Shown piece by piece: positions 27,750-41,333 of a stretch of DNA of 64,000 nt. The notes below the pieces were generated by a model. That model was not told the DNA's origin. It ran no database searches and saw only the letters and a list, made by a program, of their open reading frames with translations. This DNA comes from Eledone cirrhosa (lineage: Eukaryota). Within the stretch, counting starts at the first letter, position 1, and the number at the start of each line of letters is the position of its first letter. The stretch lies in NCBI GenBank assembly GCA_964016885.1, contig OZ024744.1, positions 28,458,001 to 28,522,000 on the forward strand, written 5' to 3'. The position numbers were made by a program, and so were the translations under genes.

Positions 27750-29165
27750 AAAGGAGACAACAAACAGAGATACAAAAAGTCTTATTAGTTTCATACTTTA
27801 TAATGGAAAGGGGAAAGAAAGTTCGACGTGTCGGGCTTAAACCCTTCTTCAGGAGTACAACATAGAGACAGGGTCACAATGGAGAAACAGAGAAAAGGTC
27901 CAGTAAAGACACAAACAATGAAAATGAATAGAAAAACAAGAAAACCGTCAGATAGTCATGGTAACCTTTCTTCTTCTCTGTTCGACCTGTCACCCTTTCC
28001 TCGCCGATTCCATCTTACTCTTCATATTAAATCTCAACCAACAACGCTTCCCCTTCCTAACCTCCACTAAAGTCCGTAAGCTACATTCTATCCTTCCCTC
28101 CGCCCTGCACTCACACACACTCTTTCATCGCCACATCTTTCACCTTCACAATTCCATCCCCATCCCTCATGTAACTCCCCCTCCCACATATGACCCTACC
28201 AACCCTCCCAATCCCACACACCCACAACTTGTTATCATTCTACCCCCTGACCTTCCAGTGTCTGGTTCCGAGTGTTCACTCCCCAGAAGAGGTCTGCGTT
28301 TCATACCATTCTCGCTTTGTGGCGACAAATTTCGGACCTGCACAGACATTGAACTGTTACTGCACCACACAAAATTACACACGCATTATTGGGGTAACCC
28401 TCCCGCTCCGAACCTCTCGAAACACCCTGTTGACGGAATCCGATGGACGTCATCTCCCGGACAACTCAGTGCCCTCGATAGGTTCGTTGATGCCTGCCAT
28501 CCGCACAGTGAACCGTTTCAACTTCCGTAGAAAATACCAACAATGTAACATCTCCCGGGCCGAACTCGCCTCCCTCCGCTTCCTCCGTGATGACATTGTT
28601 ATTAAGCCGGCCGACAAGGGTGGCGCTGTAGTCATGTGATACACGAACCTCTACAAAATGGAGGCTTATCGGCAACTCCGGAACCCTCTCGTCTACAGCC
28701 TCCTTACCACCGATCCCACTCGTCTATACCAGCAACAAGTCAAATCCACTATACACCAGCACGTCTTTCCCTCTCTTCTACCCACAGCGGCTAGCAACCT
28801 TATCGTCCGCACTCCACGAACCTCTTCTATCTACTTCCTCCCCAAATTACTCAAGCCTGACAACCCCAGCCGCCCCATCGTCTCAGGGTGTAATTGCCCC
28901 CATTAAACTAGCCTCCTATTTTCTTGATTCTCTATCCCCCCCCCCTGGTTGCTACCCTCCCGTCCCATATATCTGACAGCAACCACGCCCTTCACCTCAT
29001 TGATTGCTTCATTTTCCCGCCAGGCTCTCCACCCCTACTCTTCACCCATGACATCAAATCCCTATACATAGTCATCCCCCATTCCGAAGGTCTCCTGGCC
29101 CTACAACACTTCCTTAACCTCCGCCCCTCCCCACCCATCCACCTTCCACCTCTACCCTTATTCGC
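27750..29165 (+). mobile_element. Penelope-like element (Poseidon/Neptune-type) RT fragment with an inverted pLTR at its 5' side
   Basis: IVIKPADKGGAVV, YFLPK..KPDNPSRPIVS, DIKSLY..IPH; minus-strand CTGAAGAAGGGTTTAAGCCCGACACGTC hammerhead-like motif at ~27824-27856. Confidence 0.82.
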
Positions 29166-29346
29166 TTGGCAGTATCGGTAGAGGATCGGACACCATGCTT
29201 TGCAGCTTAGAGTTATGGCCCTTTATGTTCTGAGTTCAAACCTCCACTAAGGTTAACTTTGCCTTTCCTCCTTACGGGATCGATAAAATAAAGTACCAGT
29301 AATGTACTGGCGTATTTTCTGGCCTTGTGCCAAAAGTAGAAACATT
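29166..29346 (+). mobile_element. tRNA-derived SINE (same family as 20565-20751)
   Basis: TGGCAGTATCGG..GAGTTCAAACC..CCTTGTGCCAAAAGTAGAAAC. Confidence 0.85.
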
Positions 29347-29400
29347 TATTATAATATTATTATAATTATTCACTCACGAATCATACATACACACACCGAC

Positions 29401-29444
<44 letters not shown>

Positions 29445-29647
29445 GTAAAAGGTATGATCCCGACGGCAGAGCTCAAGCCGTTTCGACGGCTATTTCTGGA
29501 CTGAAATAGCCGTCCAGAAATAGCCGTCAAAACGGCTTGAGCTCTGCCGTCGGGATCATACTTTTTCCTATTACCCACATTACTACCCTAAGTATTGAGT
29601 ACTGTGGTGCATTATGGTCCATCTGGTTCCTTACCACAACTCCTTCG

Positions 29648-29650
<3 letters not shown>
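29445..29650 (+). mobile_element. Foldback mini-copy of the Naiad-like pLTR end in (TA)n
   Basis: Inverted GACGGCAGAGCTCAAGCCGTTTC / AAACGGCTTGAGCTCTGCCGTC arms. Confidence 0.78.
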
Positions 29651-29697
<47 letters not shown>

Positions 29698-29730
29698 ACA
29701 TGGCGTGTTGCGTGGTTGCAAATGGGTTAC

Positions 29731-30368
29731 ATATGAATAAATTTAGTCCTTCATCAGTGATCTTCCAGCCTTCATTGGTATTTCATCGCTTTAAAGACCA
29801 TATACCTCCGGTTGGTGCGAGCAACGGCTAAAGAAAGTCGTTGGGACACGTAAATAGGGGTAACGAGCGAGACAGTAAACAAAGATGGTAATGCAACGAA
29901 AAGTGAGGAAGAAGAAGTCAAGTCCCTGAAATCGATGAACATAGGTTCTGTGAAATCGTAGACGGGAGAGAATAAAGACCATCCGACCTGGTCGAAGTGT
30001 GAGTAAGGAAATAATTTCGCACAGGTCAAACATGAGGTTAGTAGGAGAGGGAGTAGCAGAGACTGAGTGTCCCTCTCCTACTTCTTTCCTTACTCACATT
30101 TCGACAGGTCGGATGGTCTTTATTCTCTCTCGTCTACGATTTCACAGAACCTATGTTCATCGATTTCAGGGACTTGATTCCTTCTTCCTCACTTTTCGTA
30201 GCATTACCATCTTTATTTGTTTACTGTTTCGCGAGTTCCCCCTATTTACGTGTCCCAACGACTTTCTTTAGCCGTTGCTCGCACCAACCAGGGGTATATG
30301 GTCTTTAAAGCGATGAAATACCAATGAAGGCTGGAAGATAACTGATGAAGGACTAAATTTATTCATAT
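29731..30368. repeat. Long inverted repeat (~280-bp arms, ~75-bp spacer), probably an inverted PLE end
   Basis: 29731-30011 is the reverse complement of 30085-30368; CTGATGAAGGAC near the outer ends. Confidence 0.85.
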
Positions 30369-31194
30369 ATATATATATATATATATATATGAAAAAGTAT
30401 GACACCGACGGCAGAGCTCAAGCCGTTTCAACGGCTATTTCTGGACTAAATTAGAATTTTTAGCCTGGTGAATAAATAGCCGAACTTGTCAAGGGGGTAC
30501 TTCCTTATATGGGAAGATTGTAGTTGTCAAGAGGATTGGTTAAAATTTGTTGTAAACACACATCTATCATGGCATTTGGTGGGAGGTAGGGGTGAGTGAA
30601 CTTGCCTGTAGAACAATAGGGGAGTGAGTGGAGCGGTCAAGCGTTGAAAGTGATATGTATACAGCAGATTCTAAGGATAGTGTGTGAAGTGGAGGAGGGA
30701 GGTTATAGAATAGGTAAATCGAATGAGACTATGAGACAATAAAAGATACTAGAAATAAATAAAAATATATATAAAATTAGATAGTGAGAAATGAATTAAA
30801 AGAATCACAATGCTATCTTACAATTACAGGTTGATAATTTAAGAATAGAAAAAACTTGTAGAAATTACAAAACTAATTAAAGGGGTTTAACACATCTGCT
30901 ATAAGTAGTTAGTAAAACGTATTCGGCCAATTCTATCTTAAAATTACAGGGGTGGGGGAACTGATGCTACAGAGGCCCGATGGGCTGCGTCGGGGTAGGC
31001 GAAAGGGGAAAAGCAGAGGAGGAAGAAAATAGGGGGTGGAAGGAAGTGATAGGATGAGACAGGGGCAAGAAGAAGGCAAAGAGGAAAAGAAAAGAGATAC
31101 ATCTACCTATGTAAGCTTGGGTTTCCCCTAACTTATTCGGCAAGTGTGTGTGTGTGTGGGGGGTGGGGTGGGGGGGGGGGTATCAACCCTTGTT

Positions 31195-33290
31195 TACCCA
31201 CCCGGGTCGTTATGAGGTTTAAGGGCGAGGTAAGTCCTACGCAATCTGTGTTTGCATGCGGTTACCAGTTCGTCTTTCTTGTTTAGGAGTTGGTCCTTCG
31301 AAAACAGCATTTGTTTCCTCCGAGCATAAGTTACACGGGCAGCGTCCTCACGTGTAAGAGTTAGCTCTGGTCAGCAGTAAGCTCCAAGTGAGATTGTAGG
31401 TTATATTATTATCTTGGAGGTCCCAGATATGGCCCGAAAGTGTAGAGGCATGTCACCGGACCGGGTTTCGGAAAGTATGTCGGTGTTGGTAGAGCCGGGT
31501 CTTGAAGTCACACGCGGTTTATCCCAGATAAGCTTTTTTTGGAGGTGTCCGCCCTCAGTTACACTGGTAGATCACGTTACGTTCTCGGCATTTGTTGTTG
31601 AGGGGGCACGTAGATCTATCAGAGCCGTTACACCTCCTGGTCGGCTCTCCACTGATGTCTAGGTTATTTCTTCCAGAGGGGTTGAGTTTTTTGTTGTTTG
31701 AGGAGACGATGTTTTGTGCGAAGTTAGGTGTGGTGATGTAGTAGAGTTTGATGGTGTTTTTGTTGATTATGTTGTAGTAGCCGTGTTGTAATGGGAAGTG
31801 TTTTTCGAGGCGTCTAAAGAAGATTTTCCCGATAGGTGTTGGTACCTCGGCATTATGGGGATGATTGAACCACGTTATGTTGCGTGAGCGGTGGTGTCGC
31901 CTGCTGGTTCCGCTAAGGGAAGCTGGATAAAAGGATATTTCCTCCCGGAAGCCACTCCGCTTGAGGGCCTGGTTGTAATGAGGCGTGTGTTCGTCGAATA
32001 TCTGCTCATTAGCGGACAAACGAGATATGCGGATGGAGATGTTTTTAACCAGGTTATTGGTGATGTTTCTAGGATCGTTAGAGCGGCGGTGGATGTAGTG
32101 CAGCTTGTCGTTTGGTTTCCTGTATGGGTAGTGCAGATCATTTTCGAGGTTAAGGGTAGGGACGTTTGTAGGGTGATTTTAAATTCCCGGAAGAAGTTGA
32201 GTAGTTGTTTACGGACCCGGTCTGTACTAATGAGGAGTCCATCATCCCGGTACAATCCCACCGCCGAATGCAGTAAACATTTCGGTGAGTTTAAATAGTA
32301 GGAATAATCCTATAAGATTTGTGACCTCGGCCGAATCCGTCGCGCCATACTGACGTCGAAGGGGGAGTCGCGAGCTCTCTTTATCCACTTGGAGTTGTCG
32401 AAAAGTAGGACTGTCTTCCTGGCGTGGAGAATGATATTTCTTTCCTGGTCAGTGATGGGTGTGCGTGTTTCGGCAAATTCCAAGGCGGCCGTAAGGAGCG
32501 GTAAGGTAATAGATGCATAGTAACTCTCTATGTCAAACTGGATGAATGTTGTGTCTCGTTTGTCCTCCATATTCCTGAACCATGAGATTACTTCCTGGGT
32601 GCTGAACCATAGGCTAAGACTCACGTTTTGCTTAACTTTTGGTATAACTCAGTCTAGGATATTTTTACTGATTCTCCCTATGTCCGACTTCGTTGGCTTT
32701 ATAAGCCTAATGGATGGTTTGCGGTCGAAGTCGGATTTGTGGTCCTTCAGTGTGAAGTAGGGAGTCAGTGGGTCTAGGGGTTCAGTGCGGTCGGCGACCC
32801 CGAGGCTGGAGGTAATTTGTTGTCCATCTCGATTTATGTCCTCGATAATTGAATGGTTAGCCTTTTTATAGGTGGAGTTTAGGCTGCTACTGATCAGTGT
32901 GTGGTATCTGTCAGGGTTGACGAAGTAGAGGTTTCCTGTTTTGTCCGAGTGCACCATGATGTCGTTGGTGTTTTCATACTCTGTTATTTTGCTACGGAGT
33001 TGTAGGAATCTTTTGTGTCTGGGTTTGAATTTAATGCTCTTGACCAGGTGGAAAAGGTCGTTCTCGAAGGCTGAGAGAATAGGTTTCGGAGGGGGAGATT
33101 TTTAAGTATTAAATCCGAATCTCTCCTTGGTACGGAAGTCCAGATTGTCGCGGTATCTATCGTAGAAAAAAGTTCTCCATCTAAGTCTTTTCGCAAAAAG
33201 GTAGATTTTTTGCGTGAGCATCCGAAAGTAAACTTCTCTCGGTGCAACTGGGATGTTCTTGGTTGAGAAGTCAATGTTGTGTTTTCGCAT
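31195..33290 (-). pseudogene. Frameshifted PLE polyprotein (RT plus GIY-YIG)
   Basis: FSTKNIP, KRLRWR, DKTGNLY, TLKDHK, RLIKPTKSDIGRISK, FIQFDIESYY, GLYRDDGL, RNITWFN, CPLNNKC, NKKDELVTACKH. Confidence 0.9.
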
Positions 33291-34784
33291 CGTGCGGGTG
33301 AAAAAATTGAGCTGGGTGGAAAAGTCGGGATACGGCGTGGTAGAGTCGGAAAGTACTCTACCACAGAGGTAGGAGCTAAATAACAAAGGAAATATGGTAA
33401 GGAACCAGATGGACCATAACACACCAGAGTACTCAATACATAGGGTAGTAGAGTGGGAAATAGGAAAAAGTATGACCCCGGCGGCAGAGCTCAAGCCGTT
33501 ACGACGGCTATTTCTGGACTAAATTAGAATTTTTAGCCTGGTAAATAAATAGCTGAAATTGTCACGGGGTACTTCCTTATATGGGAATATTGTAGTTGTC
33601 AAGACATCCAAGATAATAATATAACCTACAATCTCACTTGGAGCTTACTGTCCAGAGCTAACTCTTACACGGGAGGACGCCGTCCGTGTAACTTATGCTC
33701 GGAGGAAACATTACAAATGCTGTTTTCGAAGGACCAACTCCTAAACAAGAAAGACGAACCGCATGCAAACACAGGTAGATGTATCTCTTTTCTTTTCTTC
33801 TTTGTCTTCTTCTTCCCCCTGCCTCATCCTATCACTTCCTTTCACCCCTATTTTCTTCCTCGTCTGCTTTTCCCCTTTCGCCTACCCCGACGCAGCCCAT
33901 CGGGCCTCTGTATTATCAGTTCCCCCACCCCTGTAATTTTAAGATAGAATTGGCCGAATATGTTTTACTAACTACTTATAGCAGATGTGTTAAACCCCTT
34001 TAATTTGTATCAGTTTTGTAATTTCTACAAGTTTTTCTATTCTTATCTTATTAACCTGTAATTTTGATGGTGGCATTGTGATTTTTTTAATTAATTTCTC
34101 ACTTTCTAATATTATATATTTTTTTATTTTTTTCTAGTATCTTTTATTTTCTCCTACTCTCATTCGATTAACCTATTCTATAACCTCCCTCCTCCACTTC
34201 ATACACTATTCTTAGAATCTGCTGTATACATATCACTTTCAACGCTTGACCGCTCCACTCACTCCTCTATTGTTTTACAGGAAAGTTCAGTCACCCCTAC
34301 CTCCCACCAAATGACATGATAGATTTCATGTAATTTTAAGATAGAATTGGCCGAATACGTTTTACTAACTACTTATAGCAGATGTGTTAAACCCCTTTAA
34401 TTTGTATCAGTTTTGTAATTTCTACAAGTTTTTTTCTATTCTCAAATTATTAACCTGTAATTGTAAGATAGCATTGTGATTCTTTTAATTCATTTCTCAC
34501 TATCTAATTTTATATATATTTTTATTTATTTCTAGTATCTTTTATTGTCTCATAGTCTCATTCGATTTACCTATTCTATAACCTCCCTCCTCCACTTCAC
34601 ACACTATCCTTAGAATCTGCTGTATACATATCACTTTCAACGCTTGACCGCTCCACTCACTCCCCTATTGTTCTACAGGCAAGTTCACTCACCCCTACCT
34701 CCCACCAAATGCCGTGATAGATTTGTATTTACAACAAATTTTAACCAATCCTCTTGACAACTACAATATCCCCATATAACGAAG

Positions 34785-34882
34785 TACCGCCTTGACAAGT
34801 TCGGCTAATTATTCACCAGGCTAAAAATTCTAATTTAGTTCAGAAATAGCCATCGAAACGGCTTGACCTCTGCCGTCGGGGT
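34785..34882 (+). ncRNA. Type I hammerhead ribozyme variant with a U3-A8 core (minus-strand copies at ~30402-30498 and ~33475-33570)
   Basis: ACC(C/G)CC-TTGACAA-G..CGGCTA...TAGCC..C-GAAA-CGGC-loop-GCCG-TC-GGGGT. Confidence 0.65.
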
Positions 34883-34973
34883 CATACTTTTTCATATTTC
34901 CCACTCTACGACACTAAGTATTGAGTACTCTGTTGCGTTATGGTCCATCTGGTTCCCAACCACAATTACTTTG

Positions 34974-35076
<103 letters not shown>

Positions 35077-35586
35077 AGTATGTATGTATACCTATATATA
35101 TATATATGTATACATACGTACAGTAGTATGTATATATATATACATATATGCACACATATATATATATGTACGTATGGGTGTATCGAACATTTATTATAAT
35201 GCTCGATTTGTTTGTAAACAAACAGCCCGAATTACGCTGTACAGTGTTCAGGCAACCATCGTCACCTTTTTGTTCAATACTGACACAGGAACGATGTACT
35301 AGTTTCAAGCTTATTAGCTATCGTCAGCATCGTATACCTTTCTGTCAGACGGTTGAACGTCTGAAAGTATATACTTTCCTTGTGCATATTAACGGCTGAG
35401 CAGCCTAATTTGCACATCGAGTGAGTTAAACCCATACGTACATATATATATATGTGTGCATGTATGTTTATATATAGATACTACTGTGCGACTGTATACA
35501 TATATGTATGTACGTATACATACATACCTACATTTAAGTACCAGCCGTACTAAGAGTGAGAAATGAAATTTCGTTTCATTCTTTTC

Positions 35587-35666
<80 letters not shown>

Positions 35667-35669
35667 CGG

Positions 35670-36040
35670 ACGGAACCCGTTGATAAAGCTCTTCCGGTCC
35701 ACTCCTTCCCTAGAAGTCTTATATATTTTATGTGGGCTGATAGTGAACGGATTAAGGAATTGCAGAAACCCAAGAAGCTAGATTTAACACCCTTCTAGCG
35801 GGTCCGGGTAAGTTTTTTACATTCATTTAAATTATTAATTTATTGATATTTTATTTGAGTGACCCGAATCTTCCTGGTCGTTCTTTCTCGGCTGCACGGG
35901 TGATTTTAGGCATAATCTCTATGTGTTGGTAATTTAACGATAGTTATAGCTCTGATTTATCCAAATTATTGAGCCCTCTGCCACTCATATCGGATATTGT
36001 TTATCGTTAATTCGTGAGCTGATTTTCCGATACTCGATTA
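35670..36040 (+). repeat. Unclassified interspersed repeat; diverged inverted copies at 37146-37495 and 37740-37950
   Basis: Shared blocks such as TGACCCGAAT, TAGCTCT, TGCCAC, TCGTTAATTC. Confidence 0.6.
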
Positions 36041-36043
36041 TTC

Positions 36044-36110
<67 letters not shown>

Positions 36111-36203
36111 ACTATATATCTATACCGTTGTATATCCATCTATGTATATCTATATCACTGTACATCTACATATGTGTATCTCTATCAACATATATCTCTA
36201 TAT

Positions 36204-36392
36204 AATTGTTTCTACTATTGGCACAAGGCCAGCAATTATCCAGTACATTACTGGTACTTTATTTTATCGATCCCGTAAGGATGAAAGGCAAAGTTAACCT
36301 CGGCGAGATTTGAACACAGAATGGCAAGTGCCGTAACTCTATGCGTCAAAGCATGGTGTCCGACCCTCTACCGATACTGCCAATCCACCACC
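36204..36392 (-). mobile_element. tRNA-derived SINE
   Basis: Same family as 20565-20751. Confidence 0.85.
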
Positions 36393-36427
36393 TATATATC
36401 TCTATATAATATTTCAATATTATACAG

Positions 36428-36565
36428 GGCAGCCAATTGTCAGATACGTTAGAACGTCGGATAGAATACCTTATAGTATTCGTTCTCTGCTCTCCCAGTT
36501 CAAATCCTGCCGAGGTCAACTTTGCCTTTCGTCATTTCGAGGTCGATAAAAAAAGTACCAGTTTA
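36428..36565 (+). mobile_element. Related, diverged tRNA-derived SINE
   Basis: GTTCAAATCCTGCCGAGGTCAACTTTGCCTTTC core. Confidence 0.7.
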
Positions 36566-37041
36566 TTACTAGAGTCGATTCTTCCTTTATATCTCTCTCT
36601 CATTTCCTCTCTCTTACTTTCTCTCTTTCTCTGGAAGAAATTTGTTGTACCCAGGCCTGGAGAGGGATGGGCTCCACCACGTTTAAAATGTCCGGAAACA
36701 CCGTATATCAATACTGCGCTCCTACGACTCTATCAGGAGTTACTCGACAATACATACAATATTATTGTATATATATATATAGATAGATAGATAAATATAC
36801 ACGAGTGTGTATGATTGTGTATAGAAGATTATATTAATAAGAGGAATTCCAACTTTGTCTGATTTACACGTTTTATTTACAATCCTTTAAAATTTATAAT
36901 GGTATTATAATGAAATAGTATGATAGAATATTAAATGTTAAGTGTAAATTGAACAAGTACTTTCATGCTTTCGCAATCTTCAGGTTCATAATGTGTGGTG
37001 ACAGTCAAGTTTGCAATTTTCAACTGTGTGTATATATATAT

Positions 37042-37075
<34 letters not shown>

Positions 37076-37099
37076 CACAGTTGAAAATTGCAAACTTGA

Positions 37100-37149
<50 letters not shown>

Positions 37150-38009
37150 AATATAAAATTAGCGAGAATCGTATTTCGAAAAACAACTTCCGAGATGTGT
37201 GGCAAGCGCTCTATGGTTCAGGTGAATCAGAGCTACAACATACGTTAAAGGCCAAACACACTGAGACGATGGTTAAACAAACATCCGCACAGCCAAAGAA
37301 ACGACCAAGTAATTCGGGTCAAACAATAAAAATATATGTGATTGAAAATTTACCCGGACCCCCTGGAAGGTTGGTAAAATCCAGTATTTGGGTTTCTGCG
37401 ACTCCTAAATCAAGTACTGTCCGCTTGCATAAAAAATGTTAGGCTTCTGGTAAGATGATTGAACAAGGAAGCCACTTTATCAACAGGTTTTTGTTCAATT
37501 GCTAATCCAAAGTGTGACTATTACTGACCCCATGTGGAGTTCAGCAAGGGAGGCAACACTTATTTTAGGCGAATGAATTCAGTTGTGTATAATATTGCAA
37601 AAATGCAAAACATCACAAATCGAATAAAGCTCTCAACAGAATGGTTAAAGTTAACATAAGCTATTCATCAGTCAATAGAATCAACTAAAAAAATCAAGAA
37701 AATTAACTGGTCAATAGCTAGACTCTGGAGATTAATACAAATACAAAATTAGCGAGAATCGTATTTCGGTTTAGGAATTAACGAAAAACAACTTCCGAGA
37801 TGTGTGGCAAGCGCTCGATGATTCAAATGAATTAGAGCTACAACATACGTTAAAGGCCAAACACACTGAGACGATGGTTAAACAAACATCCGCACAGCCA
37901 AAGAAAAGACCAAGTAATTCGGGTCAGACAATAAAAATATATCTGATTGAATATATATATATATATAAGCAGAAGGGATATTCAATGTGTTGGTAATTCA
38001 ACAAATATA

Positions 38010-38494
<485 letters not shown>

Positions 38495-38599
38495 CTCTGG
38501 GGTACTATTCCCATTCGAATGGCAAATCTACATACCGAATTTGCATTCGTTAGCTTGGCCGCAAACTAAAGCTTCGTTAATGCTGTACTAAAATGTGTA

Positions 38600-39128
38600 T
38601 ATATATATAAATATATATATACATAAATGGCAATTTCTGTCTGTTTGTTTGTAAACCTAAAACTCGAAAACTACCAAACTAATCTTGATGAAACTTGACA
38701 CGTGTGTGGGGCTCATGCCCCTTTGATTTCTTACGTATATTTCAACTTAATCAAAGGGTTCCCCTGGAGTTCAAATCCCCCTGAGAACCCTGGCTTAATT
38801 TTCTCTCTTCCATTTATATAAAATTTAACCCATAGATAAACGACAAGATATGATGCCTATTCACAACATTTCAGCAAATTTCAATAATATTAAGACACCC
38901 TAATGGGGGTTCTATTTTTTTCCTTTGAGCAACACTCAACTTCTCTGACAAACATTTTTTCGCCTGACCAACGTAATCAACAATATTTGTTTGTATTAAT
39001 GTTTCGTAAATGAATTTGTCCTCGTTTTTGATTATCTGTCCTATATTTTGATTTCATTTTTGGTCTGAGAGGCATTGGGCATTTTAATGGGAACTGGGAA
39101 TACCCCCGCTCCCGGGTACCTCAGCTAG
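38600..39128 (+). mobile_element. Non-autonomous Helitron-like element
   Basis: 5' TCTGTCTGTTTGTTTG...GATGAAACTTGACAC; 3' GC-rich hairpin CCCCGCTCCCGGG then CTAG|T. Confidence 0.6.
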
Positions 39129-39286
39129 TATACATCATATACAAATAAAGTACAAATAATGCACTGTGGTAATTGCTGACCTTGTGCCAAAAGTAGAAAC
39201 AATTATATTATAGAGATATTGCTACGTAAAAATACATATATAGTGATAACATGACATATATATGCAGCAATATCTCTATAATATAA

Positions 39287-39474
39287 TAATTGTTTCTACT
39301 TTAGGCACAAAGCCAGCAATTACCCCAGTGCATTACTTGTACTTTATTTTATTGACCCGGTAAGAATGAAAGGCAAAGTTAACCCCGACGGGATTTTAAC
39401 ACAGACCGTAAAGGGATATAACTATATGCTGTAAAGCATGGTGGCCGACCCTCTACGATACTGCCAATCCACCG
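39287..39474 (-). mobile_element. tRNA-derived SINE
   Basis: Same family as 20565-20751; a short opposite-strand 3' fragment at ~39150-39205. Confidence 0.85.
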
Positions 39475-39654
39475 TCTTTATAATATAACCTTTAAGCATT
39501 TAAATCTTTAGCATTTAAACCGGAGTATCCGGCCAGATTTCTCTTACCTCTTTCTGTTCAAACCGGCTCTAACCGGCGACTGATACTGATGTTAAGGTAT
39601 TGTTGTCAAAATAAATAATATCAAAATCTCATAGATTCGATATTAAATGACATA

Positions 39655-39828
39655 ATTATGTGAGATAAAGCCTTAACTGTGACAATACAATAGTATATAT
39701 AGAGTAATGTAAATGTTATGTTAGATATTATGTGAGGTAAAGACTTTACTGTGAAAATACAATAGTATATATGGAGTAATGTAAATGTTATGTGAGATAT
39801 TATGTGAGGTAAAGACTTTACTGTGAAC
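39655..39828. repeat. 72-bp satellite, segment 1
   Basis: Unit GTGAAAATACAATAGTATATATAGAGTAATGTAAATGTTATGTGAGATATTATGTGAGGTAAAGCCTTTACT. Confidence 0.9.
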
Positions 39829-40248
39829 ATATCCTAAACGGACGGTAGTCCGTTTAGTAATATTGTTGTGGTCGTGTTTTCGTTGGCAATCGTCTGTTTA
39901 CGACAGTATAGCGCGGCTCTACTTCATTTAACTGAGATAAAACTTATATGAGCATGAACAGTAGATCATTACGCATCTTTTGGCTTAAAAATCTAGAAAT
40001 TTGGTCCAGCGGGAAAAAGTTTATAATCAAAGTTTGCTGATAAATATTGTGTTCAAGTGAGGGAGTAGTAAGCGTGACGCTAGGGGAGGTAATCCAGAAA
40101 TGACGTAGCTTTGTCATTAAGCCAGTTGCCTCAACTAGATTGCAATTATACTCAAAAGAACTTTAAAATGTCAATCACTTGACAGTAATTCACTATGATC
40201 ATTTAATTATTAGATAGTTGTTGCTTGCATTGCCTTAAAAAATAGTAG

Positions 40249-41333
40249 ACCAGATAGAAAAATGCGTACAGCAAAAAAAAGTAATATTGTTGGAATATAA
40301 ACCTTTAAAAATACAGGACAAGAAGCTAAAATAAAACTTTAAAAGAATAGGACAAGAAACTAAAATAAAACTTTAAAGAATTGGACAAGAAATAAAAAAA
40401 TTTACAATAATATTAGTGGCAAAATTTTTTTATTCGTTTCCTGTGCTATGCCCCAGTATCTTCTTGATTAGTGCATAACAATTGTCATGCTCTCATTGTG
40501 CGTTGCCCCTGAGTGGTTGGTTCTGTTTGGGGTTGGTTGGCTGAGCAGTTCTGCTCCGTCAGAATGACCATTGCAAGAAGAATTGGCCGATGCAGCTGCA
40601 GGTCTCATCCAAGAATGCACTTCTGGTCCCGCAACACCAGACGAAGATGGAGAAGACGACCGGGACAAAATGTCGACTCTGACCACCGACTACAACTACC
40701 GGTCCTCCCTCCCTTCCTCTGTCCCGTCATCCCTCCAGTCCTCCTGCTACCCCTTCCTGTACCAGAAAGCTGTGGCACGCATTCATCTGGACTGCCGGAC
40801 TTGAACTCAAGGACAAGATGCAAGGAGAAGATGGACGGGTTGGTCAAGATCAAGGATGAGCGGGACGACAAGACCGTCCGCTGCTGCTCAAGATCTGTCT
40901 CATGGGCCCATGGGTCCATTCACATTATGCATGACACATGAGGCGTGTCGCCGAATGATGAAATAGGGGTATGGTTATGGCCAAATTGGTGTTCAAACCA
41001 GGATCAAATGATCCCCCCGGTCTGACGACGACCTCTGAATGTGGAACCCAGAGCCTATGAATGTGGAACTCGATTTTTTACAAATAAAAATTTTGCCACT
41101 AATATTATTGTAAAATTTTTTATTTCTTGTCCAATTCTTTAAAGTTTTATCTTAGTTTCTTGTCCTATTCTTTTAAAGTTTTATCTTAGTTTCTTGTCCT
41201 ATTCTTTTAAAGTTTTATCTTAATTTCTTGTTCTATTCTTTTAAAGTTTTATTTTAGTTTCTTGTCCTGTAATTTTAAAGGTTTATATTCCAAAAATATT
41301 ATTTTTTTTGCTGTACGCATTTTTCTATCTGGT
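40249..41333. mobile_element. Foldback/MULE-like TIR element with a GC-rich internal segment
   Basis: TIRs start ACCAGATAGAAAAATGCGTACAGC (40249-40433 / 41081-41333) and contain short tandem repeats; flanks AATAGTAG / AATAGTAT. Confidence 0.8.
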
